A stretch of DNA of 63,798 bases, counting the filler, from Lenisia limosa (lineage: Eukaryota > Protista > Breviatea): assembly GCA_001655205.1 (NCBI GenBank). It is 12 parts of 12 records of this genome, joined end to end, with 100 filler letters (N's around TTAATTAATTAA, not from the genome) between each part and the next. Parts side by side here need not be neighbours in the genome. Positions count along the whole stretch, not along the records: positions 20,645 to 26,068 come from LPNZ01005138.1; positions 26,169 to 34,572 come from LPNZ01000198.1; positions 34,673 to 36,381 come from LPNZ01002145.1; positions 36,482 to 51,518 come from LPNZ01009384.1; 8 more parts are not named here. The stretch is one strand, 5' to 3'. The position numbers were made by a program, and so were the translations under genes. How positions within the stretch are numbered: position 1 is the stretch's first letter; the number at the start of each line of letters is the position of its first letter. The notes beneath the pieces were generated by a model. That model made no database searches. It was not told the origin of the DNA and saw nothing but the letters and a program-made list of their open reading frames with translations. Shown here in pieces: positions 23,601-36,624 of this stretch.

Positions 23601-25928
23601 CTCTTCTAGCTTCTTCTTTTCCTCTTCTTCCTTCTTCTTTCTTTCTGCTTCTTGTTTCCTCTTTTCCTTTTCTTCTTCCTTCTTCTTTCTTTCTGCTTCT
23701 TGTTTCTTCTTTTTCTCTTCTTCTTCCTTCTTTCTTTCTGCTTCTAGAATCTTCCTTTCCTCTTCTTCCTTTTTCCTTTCCTCTTCTTCCTTCCTCTTTC
23801 TCTCCTCTTCTTCCTTCCTCTTTCGTTCTGCTGCTTCTTTCCTCTTTCTCTCTTCTAGCTTCTTCCTTTCTGCTTCTTCCCTCTTTTTCTCTGCTTCTTC
23901 CTTCTTCTTTCTTTCTGCTTCTTGTTTCCTCTTTTTCTCTTCTTCTTCCTTCATCTCTTCTAACTTCTTCCTTCTTACATCTTCTTCCTTCTTCTTCCTT
24001 TCCTCTTCTTCCTTCCTCTTTCTTTCCTCTTCTTCCTTTTTCTTTCTTTCTGCTTCTTTCCTCTTTTTCTCTTCTTCTTCCTTCTTCTTTCTTTCTGCTT
24101 CTTGTTTCCTCTTTTTCTTTTCTTCTTCCTTCATCTCTTCTAACTTCTTCCTTCTTACCTCTTCTTCCTTCCTCTTTCTTTCCTCTTCTTCCTTCCTCTT
24201 CCTTTCCTCTTCTTCCTTTTTCTTCTTTTCCTCTTCTTCCTTCCTCTTCCTTTCCTCTTCTTCCTTTTTCCTTTCCTCTTCTTCCTTCCTCTTTCTTTCC
24301 TCTTCTTCCTTCTTCTTCCTTTCTTCTTCCTCCTCTTGTTCCTCTTTCTTCCTCCTTTCTTCTTCTTCTCTCAATTTCTTCTGTTCAGCAGCAGCTTTTC
24401 GCCTTTCAATTTCAGCCAAATGCTCAGCCTCCTTTCGCCTATGTTCCTCCTCCTCCCGTCTCCTCCTCTCATCTTCTTCTTCCTTCTTCTTCCTACGTTT
24501 TTCTTCCTCTTCCTCTTTTCTCCTCTGCTCCTGAAGNNNNNNNNNNNNNNNNNNNNNNNNNNNNNNNCTTCTTTCTTCCAGTACCCTTACTTCTTCTTCT
24601 TTCAGTCTCTTTTCTTCCTCCTTTCGTTCCTGCTCCTGTCTTGCCTTTTCTTCCGCTTTCTTTTTCTCTTCTCTTTCTTTCTCCTCTCTTTCCTGTATTT
24701 CTCTCACTTGCTTCTCTTTCTCCTGTTTTCTCGTATTTTCAAGCAACTCCTCCTCCCGTCGTTTTTCTTCAGCCTTTGCTTGTTCAACTAATTCTTGTCT
24801 CTTCTTTTCCTCTTCTAACTGCCTCTGTTCTTCTGTCTTTCTTAATTGTTCTTCTTCCTGTTTCTTCTTATTTTCTTCTTCTTCCATCTTCTTGTCCTCT
24901 TCCATCTTCTTCCTCCTTCTTGTTCTACGAGGAGGGCTTGAAGGCAGCTCTACGATTTTCTGGTTACTTCTTGTTCGTCGTACTCTTGCCTCTTCCTTGC
25001 TCGCTTCTTTGACTTCGTTCTTCTTAGATTTGGCCGATTTCTTCTTTTTCTCAGCTTCTTCTTTTTCTTCCTTCTTCTTTCTTTCTGCCTCTTCCTTCTC
25101 TTCCTTCTTCCTTCTTTCCGCCTCTTCCTTCTCTTCCTTCTTCCTTCTTTCTGCCTCCTCTTTTTCAAGCTTCTTCGCCGCCGCTTTGGCTTCCTTTGCT
25201 CTCTTTGCGTCTTCCCTCTTCTTCGCTTGCAATTCCTTTTTCGAAAGTGGCCTTCATTGTAAAAAAAAGTTGGCAAATAAAGTTTTTACTGGTGAGCCAC
25301 TCTGGCCAAAAATAAAACATAATTGGTCATGATTTTGAAATATTTTAAAATTATGTTTCAAAACCCTCCGTTTAAAAGGGTAGAATGACATCCTCCACCA
25401 CCTACACTTGGATTTCTTCTACCTTGTTTTCATCCAGAATGACACCTGTTGAGGTAAATCAAGAAATCTTCTAAATAGAACAACATTATCAAGGATATTC
25501 GATCGCAAATTACCTCTCTTTCCAACTGTTTAGTTGACCATTATTGCTTTTCGCTTCCAAAGAGATAAAAATAATAATATTTATCGAGAATTCCTCCTTT
25601 ATTTAAAACCTGAATTGAATATCAAGCCCATCATACTTGCCTTTGCTAGTGAAGACTCTGTGATAGGAGTCAAAGGTTCTAGTTATGTAAGAAACCAAGA
25701 AAGAGTATCAGTATGTCACATGATATGTTGAACTCTTTCAATCAATCCCAAATATTAGCATATTTTACAGCACAAAATGAAGTACGTATATAAACACTAG
25801 TGCATATCGATGGTCATTGAGGGTTTCTTGATGCATCATGATATCAGTCTTTCAGCACAGGGACCCACCAGTTAGCTGCGGAGCTTGAACTGGAAGCGCC
25901 ACAGTAAAGGGCTTGGCAAAGTTTTCAT
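20660..25928 (-). CDS. Large protein with ~700-aa E/K/R single-alpha-helix region and S/P/R-rich tail, both ends incomplete
   Basis: Small exons 25869-25928, 25641-25678, 25514-25525 and 25423-25445 splice in phase into the long exon ~22930-25251 (EEERKRKEEEE repeats). It continues with GKKTAGLISMWERF (from 22785) and RSPSP-type exons at ~22000-22160, ~21740-21840, ~21560-21630, ~21020-21135 and ~20700-20970. Confidence 0.8.
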
Positions 25929-26199
25929 CTGGTGGGTAATTGATAATATAATATACTACATGTGATATATGCATATGATATATAATATACTACATACCAT
26001 ATCACATAGTCCATATATCTGTGAATTTTCCTTTATCTGTGATTTTTTTGAAATTTACGGAAAAATTTNNNNNNNNNNNNNNNNNNNNNNNNNNNNNNNN
26101 NNNNNNNNNNNNTTAATTAATTAANNNNNNNNNNNNNNNNNNNNNNNNNNNNNNNNNNNNNNNNNNNNGGTGGACTAATTGGTTATAACGAAAACTTGA

Positions 26200-28460
26200 A
26201 ATTCCATTTCAATGCAAAAGCACCATAATAACGGTATATTAGTATCAGATGATTAAATTCGAATCATGGTAATGGATGAAATCATAAATGGTTCAATCAT
26301 ACTATCAATATAATATACTTCAGAAAAAGCCTCACCTCGAAATAGTATATGGGAGGGACACGGACTGAGGGAGGTAGGACGCTTCACTTCTGTAAAACGG
26401 TACAAATAATGAAAAAATTATACAATGTTTATGAAAAGAAGAGCTGGGAAAGGGTTACGACTATCTATTAAAAGAGAACAAGTATATCTCATATGAGAAA
26501 CAATGGACTACATTTTGCAGCCCCTGACCTTGCTTGAACCTCAATAGCAGTTTCAGAGAACTCCACAATGTCTGCTCCCTCTGCCGGGGGTGGAGAGGGG
26601 GTCCACTCTGACATGGTTAGAGGAGGTGGAGAGGGGGTCCACTCTGACATGGTTAGAGGAGGTGGAGGGTCACTTAGGTAAAAAAAAAGACCAGACAACC
26701 AAGAGAAACAAATGAGCCCAATCCTACCAGGTATGATCACAGCTGAGTCATCATCATCATCATCGTTTCCAAGCAAAAGGCTTAGGCCTGTCGCGTGTTT
26801 AGCCTGGATTGTGAGAAATATAAAAAGGTTGAATAAAGCATTATTTTGGAACAGTTTGTCAAAAATCGAAAATATGCAATGGACAAATATTCTTTGTGAC
26901 CCTCGCAAACATCAACAGTTCCTTCGTCTTTCTTGATAACCATATCTACGGGTCGCTCATGAATCTACTGGGTCAAACAGTCAAAAATGATCCTTCTGTT
27001 CGTTTGGATCCCCCCCTTTAACATAACAAAAAGGTAGCAATGATCAATATTCGGTATTACTTCAATGAACATGTTCCCCTTACAGGTTTCTTCCGTTTTC
27101 TTCTCGCGGACCGATCATATGGTAAGTCCTTGTTCTGAGGCCCTACCAAGCGTTCAACATAGGAGTAGAGGTTCTTTCTGGATCTATTATCTCAACATAA
27201 TCTGAATATCACAAAAGCGAGGCAGCATATGATTGAGACACCGACTTTTGTTAAGATATTCCGAGATATAAGAAAAGAACAGTACAAAGCCCTTCAAACT
27301 TGGAAAAACGGTTACTGCTCTCTTCGGTATCAATCATTCCCAGTTCGCGCTTTTTCGTCTCTTCTACTCTCTACATAATGTTAAGGGGGGCTACTGTCTT
27401 GTGTACCTAATCGGAATAGACGAGTGAATCTCAAGATATAAAAAACAAAAACAAAATTGTTGATAACAGAAAAAAAAGTCAAGGTTAAGACGGGGGGGGT
27501 GACCCACTCTTCTGGCGATATTTGATGCAGAAGGCCAATTTCTCTTCCGCTCAGCAAGATATTCTGAAGAATGTTACTTAAAACATGCATAATTATTGCT
27601 GTTTGTTTGTATTGTTCGCAAAAAACATGTATCTCAAGTTTTCTTTTACTGTCTTACACAAAAAGAAGAGAGGAAGCAACCAGAAGCTTACTATTAACAT
27701 CTTCTTCTGTTGACAAGTTAATAAACGGCAGTTTTGGCCTGTATCGTAAGAGGGTTAAAAGTAGACTATTGCTTTAGTCAATTATGAGCGCAATAATATT
27801 TAATAAATATAGATATTTCACGGTTTTTTTTAGGGGACCGAGAAGGCGGACTATTTGCCAAGAAGATGAGCTCATAACCAACCAATTATGTGACATGTGT
27901 AGAAATGAGATGATCATATGATTATGATTATCACTCGAAAACGACATACACATGGACTTCTTTTGCGTGGCTGATAACAGCTTGTTTGGACCCTTCAAAG
28001 TCGCACCCCTCCTCTTCACAGAATTTGTGTGTCTATTTCAATCATAATGTGAAGCATGAGTAGACAGACAATAAAAAGTCCACGATAACTCTCTTGACAC
28101 CTACATCATACCTCAAGATGGTCTGACAGTTCCGCTGGGGAATTGAACACTTTTGAACATGGTTGGCATGGGTCTAAACTATTAAAGAGGTGTGTTTCCG
28201 AAATCAGTTACTTCTCTTCAGTCCAAAAATAACCCCTTCATACCACCCTTCATCATCATTAGCAACACCCTTTCACTATCAGCAAATCAAAACCCTTTCA
28301 TTCCCCTTTCATCATCGTCGTCTACTCCATCAGCAGCATCCTGCACCATATCCCCCTCCCCAACATTCACGGCGAGGGGGTGGCGGGACAAGAGCAACAG
28401 GTCGCAAGGGGCAAAGTGGCTTCCTACTCCCGAAAAGGTCCATTATTTCAGTACTACAGC
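26200..28460 (-). CDS. NUFIP1: NUFIP1/Rsa1-like zinc-finger snoRNP assembly factor, ends uncertain
   Basis: CQPCSKVFNSPAELSDHLE (28112-28178), THKFCEEEGCDF...HAKEVH, LSTEEDVNKYLAERKRNWPSASNIARR: the C2H2 plus PEP-motif layout of NUFIP1. Acidic and Pro-rich exons follow. Confidence 0.8.
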
Positions 28461-29585
28461 ATTAGAAACAAAAGGATAACAGTGACATTGATACAGAAGA
28501 ACAAGTCAATTCCGGGAAAAGGATACTGAACATAAAGATAAAAGAAGACAAGTTGGAGTTGGAGATGGGAAAAAGTTACGCCAGAATCGGTCCACGTGCG
28601 GTCTCACCTGAAGGTTGATCAGAAGGTGTGATGATGTGCTAAGCCTGCTTTATCGCTGATAATTATAGAAAGAACTTTATTATTCACACGTTATTCGCAA
28701 GATGCAGGGCAAAAGAGACCATACCTTCTCTTTTTCCTGTAAAAATACTAAACTGGATGGATGGATTTTCAATATCTAAATTTACGTTTATGGGTTCACC
28801 TCTCTCCTCACCAAGCCAATTCTTGGTGACAATACCCAATTACCTTCTGGTTAGTGCACGGTTAGTGTGTGCTCAGATATGGTGTGCGGCTAACTTGGCT
28901 TAGACTCCTGAAAGTTCAAAGGTTGCCACTGCCATATCCTCCTCTTTTCATATTTTCCAAGAATCACCTTGTATGTCCATGATTTCAACTTGATTTAGCC
29001 TTTTAGCCATTTGCATGTATTTAAATATGTCAGACCAAATGGATCCGTAACGTTGCAAACATTTTACCATTTCATTTTCTCACCCATTCCATATTTCAAA
29101 TGCTGACTCTCAAAGGATGGCGTCATTCAAAGACCTTAGACGACCACCCCGCGCAAGGAGAGTCCGCAAGAGTCCATCACTAAGCGTTAACCAAACAATT
29201 ATCACCCTGATATGGAGGTCAGTTAAAACATAGAATTGCAATGAAACATGAAATGTTGTTAATCTTGAAATTGACAAGCCAGGGTGGTATTACTGACAAC
29301 GAAGGCGGTATTGCGAAGGCTTTTGGCAATTCCTGTATTCTTATTTAGCGCGTTTCTTATTGTGAGTTGGATTTTTAACCGCAATTATTTTACAATTTTT
29401 TAATGCACCTTTTTGAAATCTCATATTGTCAGCTTGTAACACTTCCTTTTGTGTACGCTTGGAGAATAGCGTGTTCCCTTCTTCCTTCAGTAAGATTCTG
29501 TTTTGTTGAGAGATAGTTTCAGACAGCACCTTTGTCGTTACATCAGATTTTTCTTCATTTAGAATATTGATATTTCAGTTCAGCA

Positions 29586-32500
29586 CGAGAAGGCGCATAC
29601 TAGCATACCAGCAGTTGAGAAATTCGTCATCGTATGCTGCATGGCTAAACGCTGCTAAAGATCTCGATGCGCTTAATGGAGCAGATGTAGGGGAGGTAAT
29701 ACAGCACGAATATAAGTGTCATCGTAACTGAAAATCTGTTGTTGTTTTCACATCTAAATTTTTTTTCTTTCATATTCCCTTCATCTAATAGAGATGGATG
29801 CGAGAAGATAATTCTGAAGTTTTCGACTATGAAATGCTAAGACACCGAATTGTGGAACTCAGAGAGCAAGTAAGAACAAACAAATTTGAAATAAATAGAA
29901 TTCACCCAATGATTCATATGATATCATAATGCCTTTAATTTTTTTTATCCTTGGTTGAAATGGTTTTATTTCAGTGTTAACAATTTCAAATCAATGTATT
30001 ACTTACTAGACAATAAAAATATTTCTCAAAGGTCCACACTTCTTGTAGAAAAGGCTTGTTGAAAATGGAAAGCAGCATGGAGCGGCAATATCATTTCAAC
30101 ATCTTTTGAGAAATGGTGGGACGATCACTTGTTACTTCTGTTATTAGACTAAAATGATATTTGGTAACATGTTACAATTTTTAGATATTTTCCGAAACAT
30201 TGGTGGTATCAATAATCCCAAACTCTATGAGGTTGCACTCAGCAGTACGAAAAATGTCATACACGAGTACATTGATGAGGTAATGCCGGAACAATTAACC
30301 CATATTTTGATTTCCTACTTGCAATCCAAATTTACCTGTCTATTTGATACCCAACGTTTCAGGTTGTCGACTGTGTTGAGGCTCTACGGGATTTGCCTTA
30401 TCGCGATCATCCAGACTTTTCAATCGAAAGAAGGTATTCCTCATAGAAATCTGAATTATTGGTTCTTTATATGACTGTCTTAGATTTGACACTTTCTATG
30501 AAGCAAGAATGGCGTATGGGAGAACAGCATTAATTCTGAGCGGAGGCTTGGGAATGGGTTAGCAAAGCTGTCTCACAGTCAGATAATATGTTGTATAATT
30601 TCTGAAATGCTACTTTCTCTTCATACTTATGCCATCTCAGCCATTCATCATCTTGGAGTTGTGAAGGCTCTGCATGAGGCCAGATGTCTGCCTCGAATAA
30701 TTGTTGGATCCAGTACAGGGGCTGTAGTCGCTGCATTGGTAAGCAAAATTCTAAAACACACACCTTCTATATTCACTAATTATTATTGTAACTTGATTCT
30801 TTAGGTTGGCACAAAGAAATTGTCAGATATTCCCCAATTGTTTACAGCTGAGGGCATTAACGATCAGTGAGAAGGGACATCTTGTACAATTGGGATAAAG
30901 GTTACATGTAAAGGTTTAGGGTAACGTTTCGAGAAATGTAACTTATTGTTACAGTGAATTTCGAGTGAGAGACGGTAAAAGTTCAGTTTTGAAGAGCTTC
31001 TTCCGCCTTCTGAAAAGGGGTTGGAGGATGTGAAATTCAACATTTTCTTGTTTTATGGGGTGTCAAATTACCAATAGAAATAGGTATTGAGCTATTCGTC
31101 AGTTTCTTGACAATCAGGTGGTGCTCAGTAAATGGAAGGCAGACCTTCGTAAGAATTTTACTTAATCAGGTACATTTCTGAATGTTGGGCACATTGAGCG
31201 ATTCCTAAAGGACAACATCGGTAACATTACATTTCTAGAGGTAAGCTTCGAGTCTGTATTAAATACTCATGGACAGGAATACGTTGTAAGTTTTTTGTAT
31301 TGGTAATAGCAATTTACGGAGGGAAATACAAGCTTGTACGACAGTTTACTGACAATGTAGGCATACCAGAATACTGGAAACATTTTGAGCATTGATATTG
31401 CATCAAATAACTGGTTTGAAAGGACAACCATTATTAATTGCAATATAAACTCCTGTTCACAGAAATGGGGACTAAATTTCCAGGTTTGAAGCCACGCGAG
31501 TTTTGAACCACATCACAGCCCCTAATGTATTGATATGGAGTGCAGCTGTTGACGCATGTGCAACACCTTTCCTCTTCGAACGGAGTGGGATTGTGGCAAA
31601 GGATGCAGATGGACAAATTTCATCATATCTGCCATCAAGTGGGTGGTTGGGTGTTGGTTTTTGCAAGTATTCAGAACTTTCATAATTTATTCCTAGCCAA
31701 GCGTTCTAGCGAAGGCTATTTATCTGGTACCCTGCCTTTTGCCAGGATATCAGAGCTCTTCAACATTAATAACATCATCGTGAGCCAGGCCAACCCATTG
31801 GTAGTACCCTTTCTCCGGCACCCTGTACTCTCAGTATGCGTGGGTCATCTGTTACAAGGGCTTTTGAGACGTAAGACACATTGTATCGAATTGGTAACGT
31901 TTAGAGCAACATCATCTCACGGCTGCTGTACGTAATAACAAATGAAATTCGATTCAGATTAGGCCAGGTAAGGCTGTGGCGTCTGGAAATGTGATAACAG
32001 GCCTACATGTGTTAATCATCTAATTTTCAACCTTCCTTCTTATTCACCCAAGTCAATATCACCAAAACACACTCACTGTCTGAGGGCAGAAAAGTGCCTA
32101 ATTCCTTAGCTTACTCATTTTGGCCTTCTTCGAGGCTTTCTTTCCCCACTTCGGGTCATGGTAGACGATGAACCATATAAGGTAATCACACACCTTCTCC
32201 AGGGCTAAATTGCAGCTTACTTACTCTCGTTTCTATTTTGACTTTGACTTGAACAACACAACAGGGAGATGTGACGATAACAGCTCCGATCCATCTCACT
32301 CGTCTTGGAAGGCTGTTTCAAAACCCAAAACAGGTATAGTATAACTTTTAGGATCTTGAATTTTGAAACACACTTCATCATAATTCTATTCTATTCATTA
32401 CAGGGTTTCACAAGGCTAATATTCAAGAATGACTTGGAGCGATATACTCGAAGGAGTCAACATGAAACTTGGAAACGTGAGTTGCTATTACATATTGTTA

Positions 32501-33363
32501 CATCATGTATATGATTGGGTTTACTAAATTGTCTATTACAATATATGTAGATGTGAAGGAGATTTCGGTTCGAATGAAAGTTGAAATAACTCTCAATGAT
32601 TCGGTTCAAATCCTTCGGGCTGCAATACAAGCAAATCACAGAGTAGGAGGGGAAAGGTTTCTTGTATGTAATGTCTTTTCATTCATTTAGTATCAATCAC
32701 ATCAAAAATCGAACCTTGATCTGTCGTCAAAGCTGCTATACCATCGAACACCACCAGTATGTTTTGGGATATAGTGGTGAACATTTGCTAACTCCCAAGT
32801 TGCGCACTACTGTTCTCCCATGTGTTTCATCAAAAACTCGATTTTCCCCTGACACTTTTGAGGAGCTGGATGACAAACCAGTAGGTAATACATCTACATA
32901 GTTGTGATACAGAGAATCACATCCTCATCAACTCAGAGTAATAATGGTTGGCTGAAACGCTCACTTGTACATGTACAATACAGACTATATTATTCTACTC
33001 AAAATACAAACGCCAATTAATATTACTTTTAATGTAATGATTCAATCACCATTTGCACTCACAAATGCAAAGGTCGAACTTATGCCATCGTTAATGGCAC
33101 ATGGAAGAAGTGACACTTTACACCCTTCAAATATGACGGTAAATATTGGCCAAGTGATTAACGGTAGTATATCTTGACGTATTTCATATTTTCACAAGTT
33201 GTTTCAAATTGTAAATGATTAGCACTATATTCCAAGATGCCATCAAATCTACATTCATCCACCTTCATCACTTCAGGCAGATGATGAGGAGCTCAACCAG
33301 CGCCAAAGTGGCTCAGAGGACTTACATGATGCTGCCTCAAACCCATGGGCTGTTTTTGACTAA
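29586..33363 (+). CDS. SDP1/TGL3-4 type patatin-like triacylglycerol lipase, 5' start uncertain (possibly ~29210)
   Basis: N-domain YAAWLNAAKDLDAL..W...FDYEMLRHRI and RNIGGINNPKLY; GRTALILSGG; HHLGVVKALHEARCLPRIIVGSSTG; TAPNVLIWSA; ELFNINNIIVSQANP; ETWKHVKEISVRMKVEITLNDSV. Stop at ~33363. Confidence 0.92.
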
Positions 33364-33759
33364 AAACAGAGGATGACATATGATGTACATTATCACAGTA
33401 TCAGAGCTGTGTGATACGTAATACGTAATACCGATGGTCAAATGGCAATTCTGAATTGCATGGGTGCAAGACACCGTTTTGGTTGTTTTTTTATAGTTTT
33501 ATTGAAATATACTTGAAATAGGTACCGTATTTTGTTCTTGGAGCATGCAGGCAAGCAGGCGAAGAGTCAAAAGTAATCATCAACTGGTGAAAAATGACGA
33601 AATGACAAGAAATAAACTAGACCACCAGGGGTGCAAATTAAATATCAATTTGTTATCAATACTATAAGACAATAAGAGACCACAGAGTACCAAAGTCCAC
33701 ACACCAACAAACACCAAAATGATGATTAGTGATCAACGGATCTAATAAAAGTTGGTGGA

Positions 33760-34420
33760 TTTTCAAGGTAAAGCGATCGTAGATCTCATGGAGGATTTGA
33801 AGCGCATTTTACTTGTAATAGTTCGTCTTTTCTCAATCCGAAGGCCTCTTGAAGGCTCTTCCTGCTTCAAACAACCTTAACTATAAAATAAGGAGATAAG
33901 GAGGATTTAATTCAACAGAATTGGCCTCTGGAGCACTCACCACTGATCTTTTCGTTATGGCGTCCAACCAAGGTAGCTTCCACGTCTATCTTGGACCGTC
34001 ATCTCCATCAAAAACAACTCCGTTGAGAAACAACACATTCAGTGCAGCTAACTTTGGCATTGGAAATGTGGTATGAGGAAGAGATATGTTCACAATCTTT
34101 GCTAATGAAGGAGTTATCCGTTTTTCACGTCGTCGTCTTTTCCCCTTTCTTGTCTGTTTATGAAAAAGGGGGCTTTTGATGATGTATGTATTTCATATAT
34201 ATCCTCAACAGCTCCCTTTCTGTTGTTAAGTGGACAGTATTAAAAAGGAATTGTCAGAATAACTGTAAAAGGCCAATTTTCCTAAAGACGTTTCTAACAA
34301 TTCTCCTCAGCATTGTTTTTTTGATAAGCCAAACCTAAACTTTTTAACGTTCAAGGAACCGGCGGCCCAAATCTCAGCTATATCAGCAAATGATGGCAAG
34401 GTTTGCTCACTGTTTTACTG
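33760..34420 (-). CDS. Hypothetical spliced gene fragment
   Basis: Open stretches flanked by GT-AG sites (IDVEATLVGRHNEKISGCLKQEEPSRG; EQTLPSFADIAEIWAAG). No family recognised. Confidence 0.3.
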
Positions 34421-34672
34421 GATGATTGTCTTGATGATGTATCATATGTTCATTCATTGTTATTACTACTGAACTCGGTCAAATGGGATAACTCCTATCA
34501 TGTTTATTATGGGTATTCCAGAAAACTGCACAGGAAGTAGTAACATTCATATTACATTTTCAAAAACTGTTANNNNNNNNNNNNNNNNNNNNNNNNNNNN
34601 NNNNNNNNNNNNNNNNTTAATTAATTAANNNNNNNNNNNNNNNNNNNNNNNNNNNNNNNNNNNNNNNNNNNN

Positions 34673-36230
34673 TCGAGCTCTCTCCAAGCCTTCTTGCCGC
34701 CATCACCAGCACCAGCGAGCTGAGTAGTGAGGACAGGTTTCAATTGAAACAAGCTCTTGCTGATGTGGGCAGGGCGAGGTTGAGAGCTCTTGCTATATCA
34801 TATAATATATCAGATAGTATAAATCATTTTGTTGTGTAATTTATGTCATGTCATATTTAGATGTAGCATATAAGTATATCATACTAGGCACGCAGAAACC
34901 TGTGTGGACAGAGTTGTAAGGCAAGTGTTGGGTGAATTAATACAAAACTATAATTCAATATCTCTTAGCATGATGGTGTGGACGGCTTCATTATTTNNNN
35001 NNNNNNNNNNNNNNNNNNNNNNNNNNNNNNNNNNNNNNNNNNNNNNNNNNNNNNNNNNNNNNNNNNNNNNNNNNNNNNNNNNNNNNNNNNNNNNNNNNNN
35101 NNNNNNNNNNNNNNNNNNNNTTTCCCGATTCTAAAACAGTATTTTAGCTTTGCTGTTTTGTTATTATCAACTTTCGTTTGTTGTCAACCAATCCACACCA
35201 TCACGCTAAGAGATATTGAATTATTGTAAAATATTAATTCACTCAAGTTGATTTGGGCTTTTTTTGTTTCATAAATTGTCCAATTTTACTCCGTCCCTAA
35301 CCCGGCTGTAGAGGCCGCATGCCACGTTGCCAGATAACGTGCAACAGGCGTTCAAGAGTATATGCGAGGTTGGCGGGTTGGGGAGTTAGGGCTTCACTTC
35401 AGTAAAATATCAATAGTTTTTCGAGGATTTTTCGAGAAATTCCGTCTTTTTTCGAACCGAAGTGAAGCCGTAGTACAAATGCCAATGGTGTTGATTTTTG
35501 GCTGTTTATTTCATAAATTTTTCAATTTTACGTCGCTGGAGTCTGGGATGCGGTGCTGCAGAAGTGACTGGCCTGGGCTGTGTGTGCTGTTATGAGTTGA
35601 TTTTGGGCTTTTTTGTTTCACAATTTTCCATTTTCACTCTCACCGTTCCCCGGGATTAGTACCTTTCCGCTAATATTCTTCATTACAATATCCTTCTTCT
35701 AACCCCCCCCCCCCNNNNNNNNNNNNNNNNNNNNNNNNNNNNNNNNNNNNNNNNNNNNNNNNNNNNNNNNNNNNNNNNNNNNNNNNNNNNNNNNNNNNNN
35801 NNNNCCTGTGTACAGGACGTTTTGGCCACTGCTTCTCAGGTTCGCGGGGGGGGGGGGTTAATTGGGGCTTCACTTCAGTTCGAAAAAAGACTGAATTCCT
35901 CGATTAATCTTCGAAAGCTATCGATAATATCACCCCGCAGGCTCAGTCCATGTCCCGGGCCGTGTCGATGACGTCAGCGTCGGCTCCTGCATCTCCGCGG
36001 ATTCCGACACAGTCATGCCCCATCCTCATCAACTCCAGGTTTGTTTTGTTTTTATGTTTTTTATTATAATTTTTTTTTTGTTTTCTTGGGTTGAGCAAAA
36101 CACATACCATTCTCATCAACCGAGCAGATTTTGGGCTTTTTTTGTGTCTTGAATTTTCTATCTTTACTTCTCCCCCTCTAGCCCGCCCGTCCTTCCCCAG
36201 TCAGCCGTTCTGACACCTATGTCTCTCCCA
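34673..36230 (+). CDS. Hypothetical spliced gene fragment
   Basis: Candidate exons ~34673-34778, ~35311-35367 (RPHATLPDNVQQAFKSICE) and ~35941-36038 (AQSMSRAVSMTSASAPASPR) with GT-AG sites. No family recognised. Confidence 0.35.
35387..35930. mobile_element. Two MITE A copies (35387-35472; partial 35864-35930)
   Basis: TAGGGCTTCACTTC...GAACCGAAGTGAAGCCGTA and a left-half copy. Confidence 0.8.
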
Positions 36231-36624
36231 TGTATGCTTGGAATTTCAAGGGTTTTTTGTTTTGTTTTTTAAGTTTGGGGGTTGGCCTTTTTCCCCCTTC
36301 CTTGTTTCTTTTCTTCATCTTTCTTTTGAGTTGTTTTTCGGCGTTTTATTTAGTTGCATAAATTTTCCAATTTCACCCCCTNNNNNNNNNNNNNNNNNNN
36401 NNNNNNNNNNNNNNNNNNNNNNNNNTTAATTAATTAANNNNNNNNNNNNNNNNNNNNNNNNNNNNNNNNNNNNNNNNNNNNTGTTTTGTTGTTTTCAACC
36501 CTCGTGTGTTGTCAGCCAACAGTGTTGATTTGGGGCCTTTTTTGCTTCTTTTAATTTCCAATTCTACTCTCCCTCCCTATAATCAGGACTTTTCCGCATA
36601 CCTTCCCCCATTACTTCCCCACAG

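Noticed and set aside
23068-25012. Long plus-strand ORFs (488 aa and 629 aa, rich in S/F/L/P)
   Set aside because: Antisense shadows of the E/K/R-rich minus-strand exon; a C/T-only strand cannot form stop codons.
26378-26400. GCTTCACTTC partial MITE match
   Set aside because: Lies in a plausible NUFIP1 exon on the minus strand with no other MITE sequence.
26500-26680. Linking this Pro-rich exon to the single-alpha-helix gene
   Set aside because: A contig spacer (26069-26168) lies between them, and the exon fits the NUFIP1 gene.
28600-29150. Myb-like minus-strand frame with in-frame TGA suggesting stop-codon reassignment
   Set aside because: The frame also contains TAA and TAG, the similarity is weak, and TAA, TAG and TGA all terminate well-supported genes here. 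The standard code is sufficient.
35660-35700. ABCG transporter-like KKDIVMKNISGK on the minus strand
   Set aside because: No Walker A or other ABC motifs nearby, and the surrounding exons fit the plus strand better.
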